NCBI GenBank assembly: GCA_963827655.1
Contig: CAWHCF010000036.1
Span: 32,001-96,000, forward strand
Reading direction: 5' to 3'
Source: an uncultured Acidobacteriota bacterium
GTDB lineage: Bacteria > Acidobacteriota > UBA6911
Length of the DNA stretch: 64,000 bases
In this document: piece after piece, positions 63,116 to 64,000 of the stretch
How the letters are laid out: each line of letters begins with the position of its first letter
How positions within the stretch are numbered: position 1 is the stretch's first letter
The notes under the pieces: generated by a model
What the model saw: the letters and a program-made list of their open reading frames with translations, nothing else
Database searches by the model: none
What the model was told of the DNA's origin: nothing
Position numbers and translations under genes: made by a program

Positions 63116-63311
63116 GAGACTGTTGCAAAACTCAGCCGCGACCCCGCCGAGTGGCTTAGACAATTTCAAGCATCTGTGGCGACGGCTCATCAGAGCCGTC
63201 GCAAATACCACGATCGGAATGATTTACCCTTAAAGAGATTGTTGCCATCGGGGGCCGGACGGGCTTGATAGCCCGTCCGCACATGAACCGGGCGAGTTTT
63301 GCAACAGTCTC
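63116..63311. mobile_element. 196-bp MITE with 18-bp perfect TIRs, carrying two REP-like hairpins
   Basis: GAGACTGTTGCAAAACTC / GAGTTTTGCAACAGTCTC; flanks CGGA/TGGA form an imperfect 4-bp TSD. Confidence 0.85.
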
Positions 63312-63433
63312 TGGAGAGTCGTGCATGGTGGCGCAGACGTTGAGCCAGCTCGAGCACACGCGCGTCGGTGCGCCGGGTTATCGTGGCTGTAGCTGATGAA
63401 GACTCGCGCATGTGAAGCTCGAACAGCGAACAT
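63312..63433 (-). pseudogene. N-terminal SEFIR/TIR-domain remnant ending at the MITE
   Basis: RVFISYSHDNPAH followed after a frameshift by DARVLELAQRLR. Confidence 0.65.
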
Positions 63434-63558
63434 CGATCGGAATTATCAAGAGACCGAATGGTAGCAAAACCCGGGTCTCGCCACCAAGAGTAGTGGGTAT
63501 TGATATTCCAGGCAATCTCCTTGACTGCCTTCGAGCCTGCACACTAAAATCGCAACTC

Positions 63559-64000
63559 ATGAACAGACACCTCTCGCTTTTCGCTTTGCTTTTCTCCGTC
63601 GTCGCGCTCGCCTTTGGCCAATCTCCTACCAAACGCTACCTCTACCTCAGCATGCCTGATGGGGCTCAGGAGGAGGGCCGTTCCGGCACGGGCATTCTCA
63701 TTTTCGATATCGATAACGGGCACAAGTTCGTCCGGCGGATCGATGTCCCGATCTTCAAAGAAGGCCTGCGCGGCTTCACGGGAAACCTCAAGACGCGCCG
63801 CGTTTATTACTCCACAACCAATCGCCGGTTGGGATGCTTCGATCTGGAAACGGAGAAAGTCATCTGGGACCAGACGTATCCGGCAGGCTGCGACCGGTCC
63901 GCGATCACTCTGGACGGCAAGAAGATCTATGCCCCCACGGGATGGTGGTACAAAGGAGACGACAGCGGTTTCCTCGTCGTCAATGCGGACAACGGCGATC
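63559..64000 (+). CDS. Exported YncE-like beta-propeller protein, running off the window
   Basis: My translation: MNRHLSLFALLFSVVALAFGQSPTKRYLYLSMPD...GILIFDIDNGHKFVRRI...GCDRSAITLDGKKIYAPT; frame open to the end. Confidence 0.7.
   Translation, partial: MNRHLSLFALLFSVVALAFGQSPTKRYLYLSMPDGAQEEGRSGTGILIFDIDNGHKFVRRIDVPIFKEGLRGFTGNLKTRRVYYSTTNRRLGCFDLETEKVIWDQTYPAGCDRSAITLDGKKIYAPTGWWYKGDDSGFLVVNADNGD

Overview
A GC-rich bacterial window that looks like Acidobacteriota: it has two orphan duplicated ABC permeases, a VWFA-type protein, two Oar-like TonB-dependent receptors and Ser/Thr kinases of the acidobacterial type. It is an accessory patchwork of exported hydrolases (M19, S9, M14, GH97), beta-propellers, signalling genes and toxin-antitoxin remnants. 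I found no rRNA, tRNA, CRISPR array or intact transposase. Roughly 20 isolated frameshifts break otherwise intact genes, which most likely reflects long-read indel error. The most notable items are: (1) a 34.2-40.7 kb cluster of exported and membrane proteins of unknown function (cytochrome c'-like lipoprotein, two paralogous Cys-pair proteins, a DUF6152-like protein with predicted N-terminal His-His, two DUF6644-like membrane proteins, a YncE-like propeller and a tandem-domain di-heme protein) that may form an uncharacterised metal/redox system; (2) a CpxRA-like two-component pair flanked by two genes that share a duplicated 52-bp promoter with TTTAC repeats; (3) two paralogous TM/coiled-coil genes with variable 33-bp repeats bracketing a peptidase; (4) a layered set of non-autonomous elements, including several MITE families with clear TIRs and TSDs, some carrying or interrupting REP-like hairpins, plus 7-mer and 9-mer repeat families. 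Family names come from motif recognition by eye, not from database searches.
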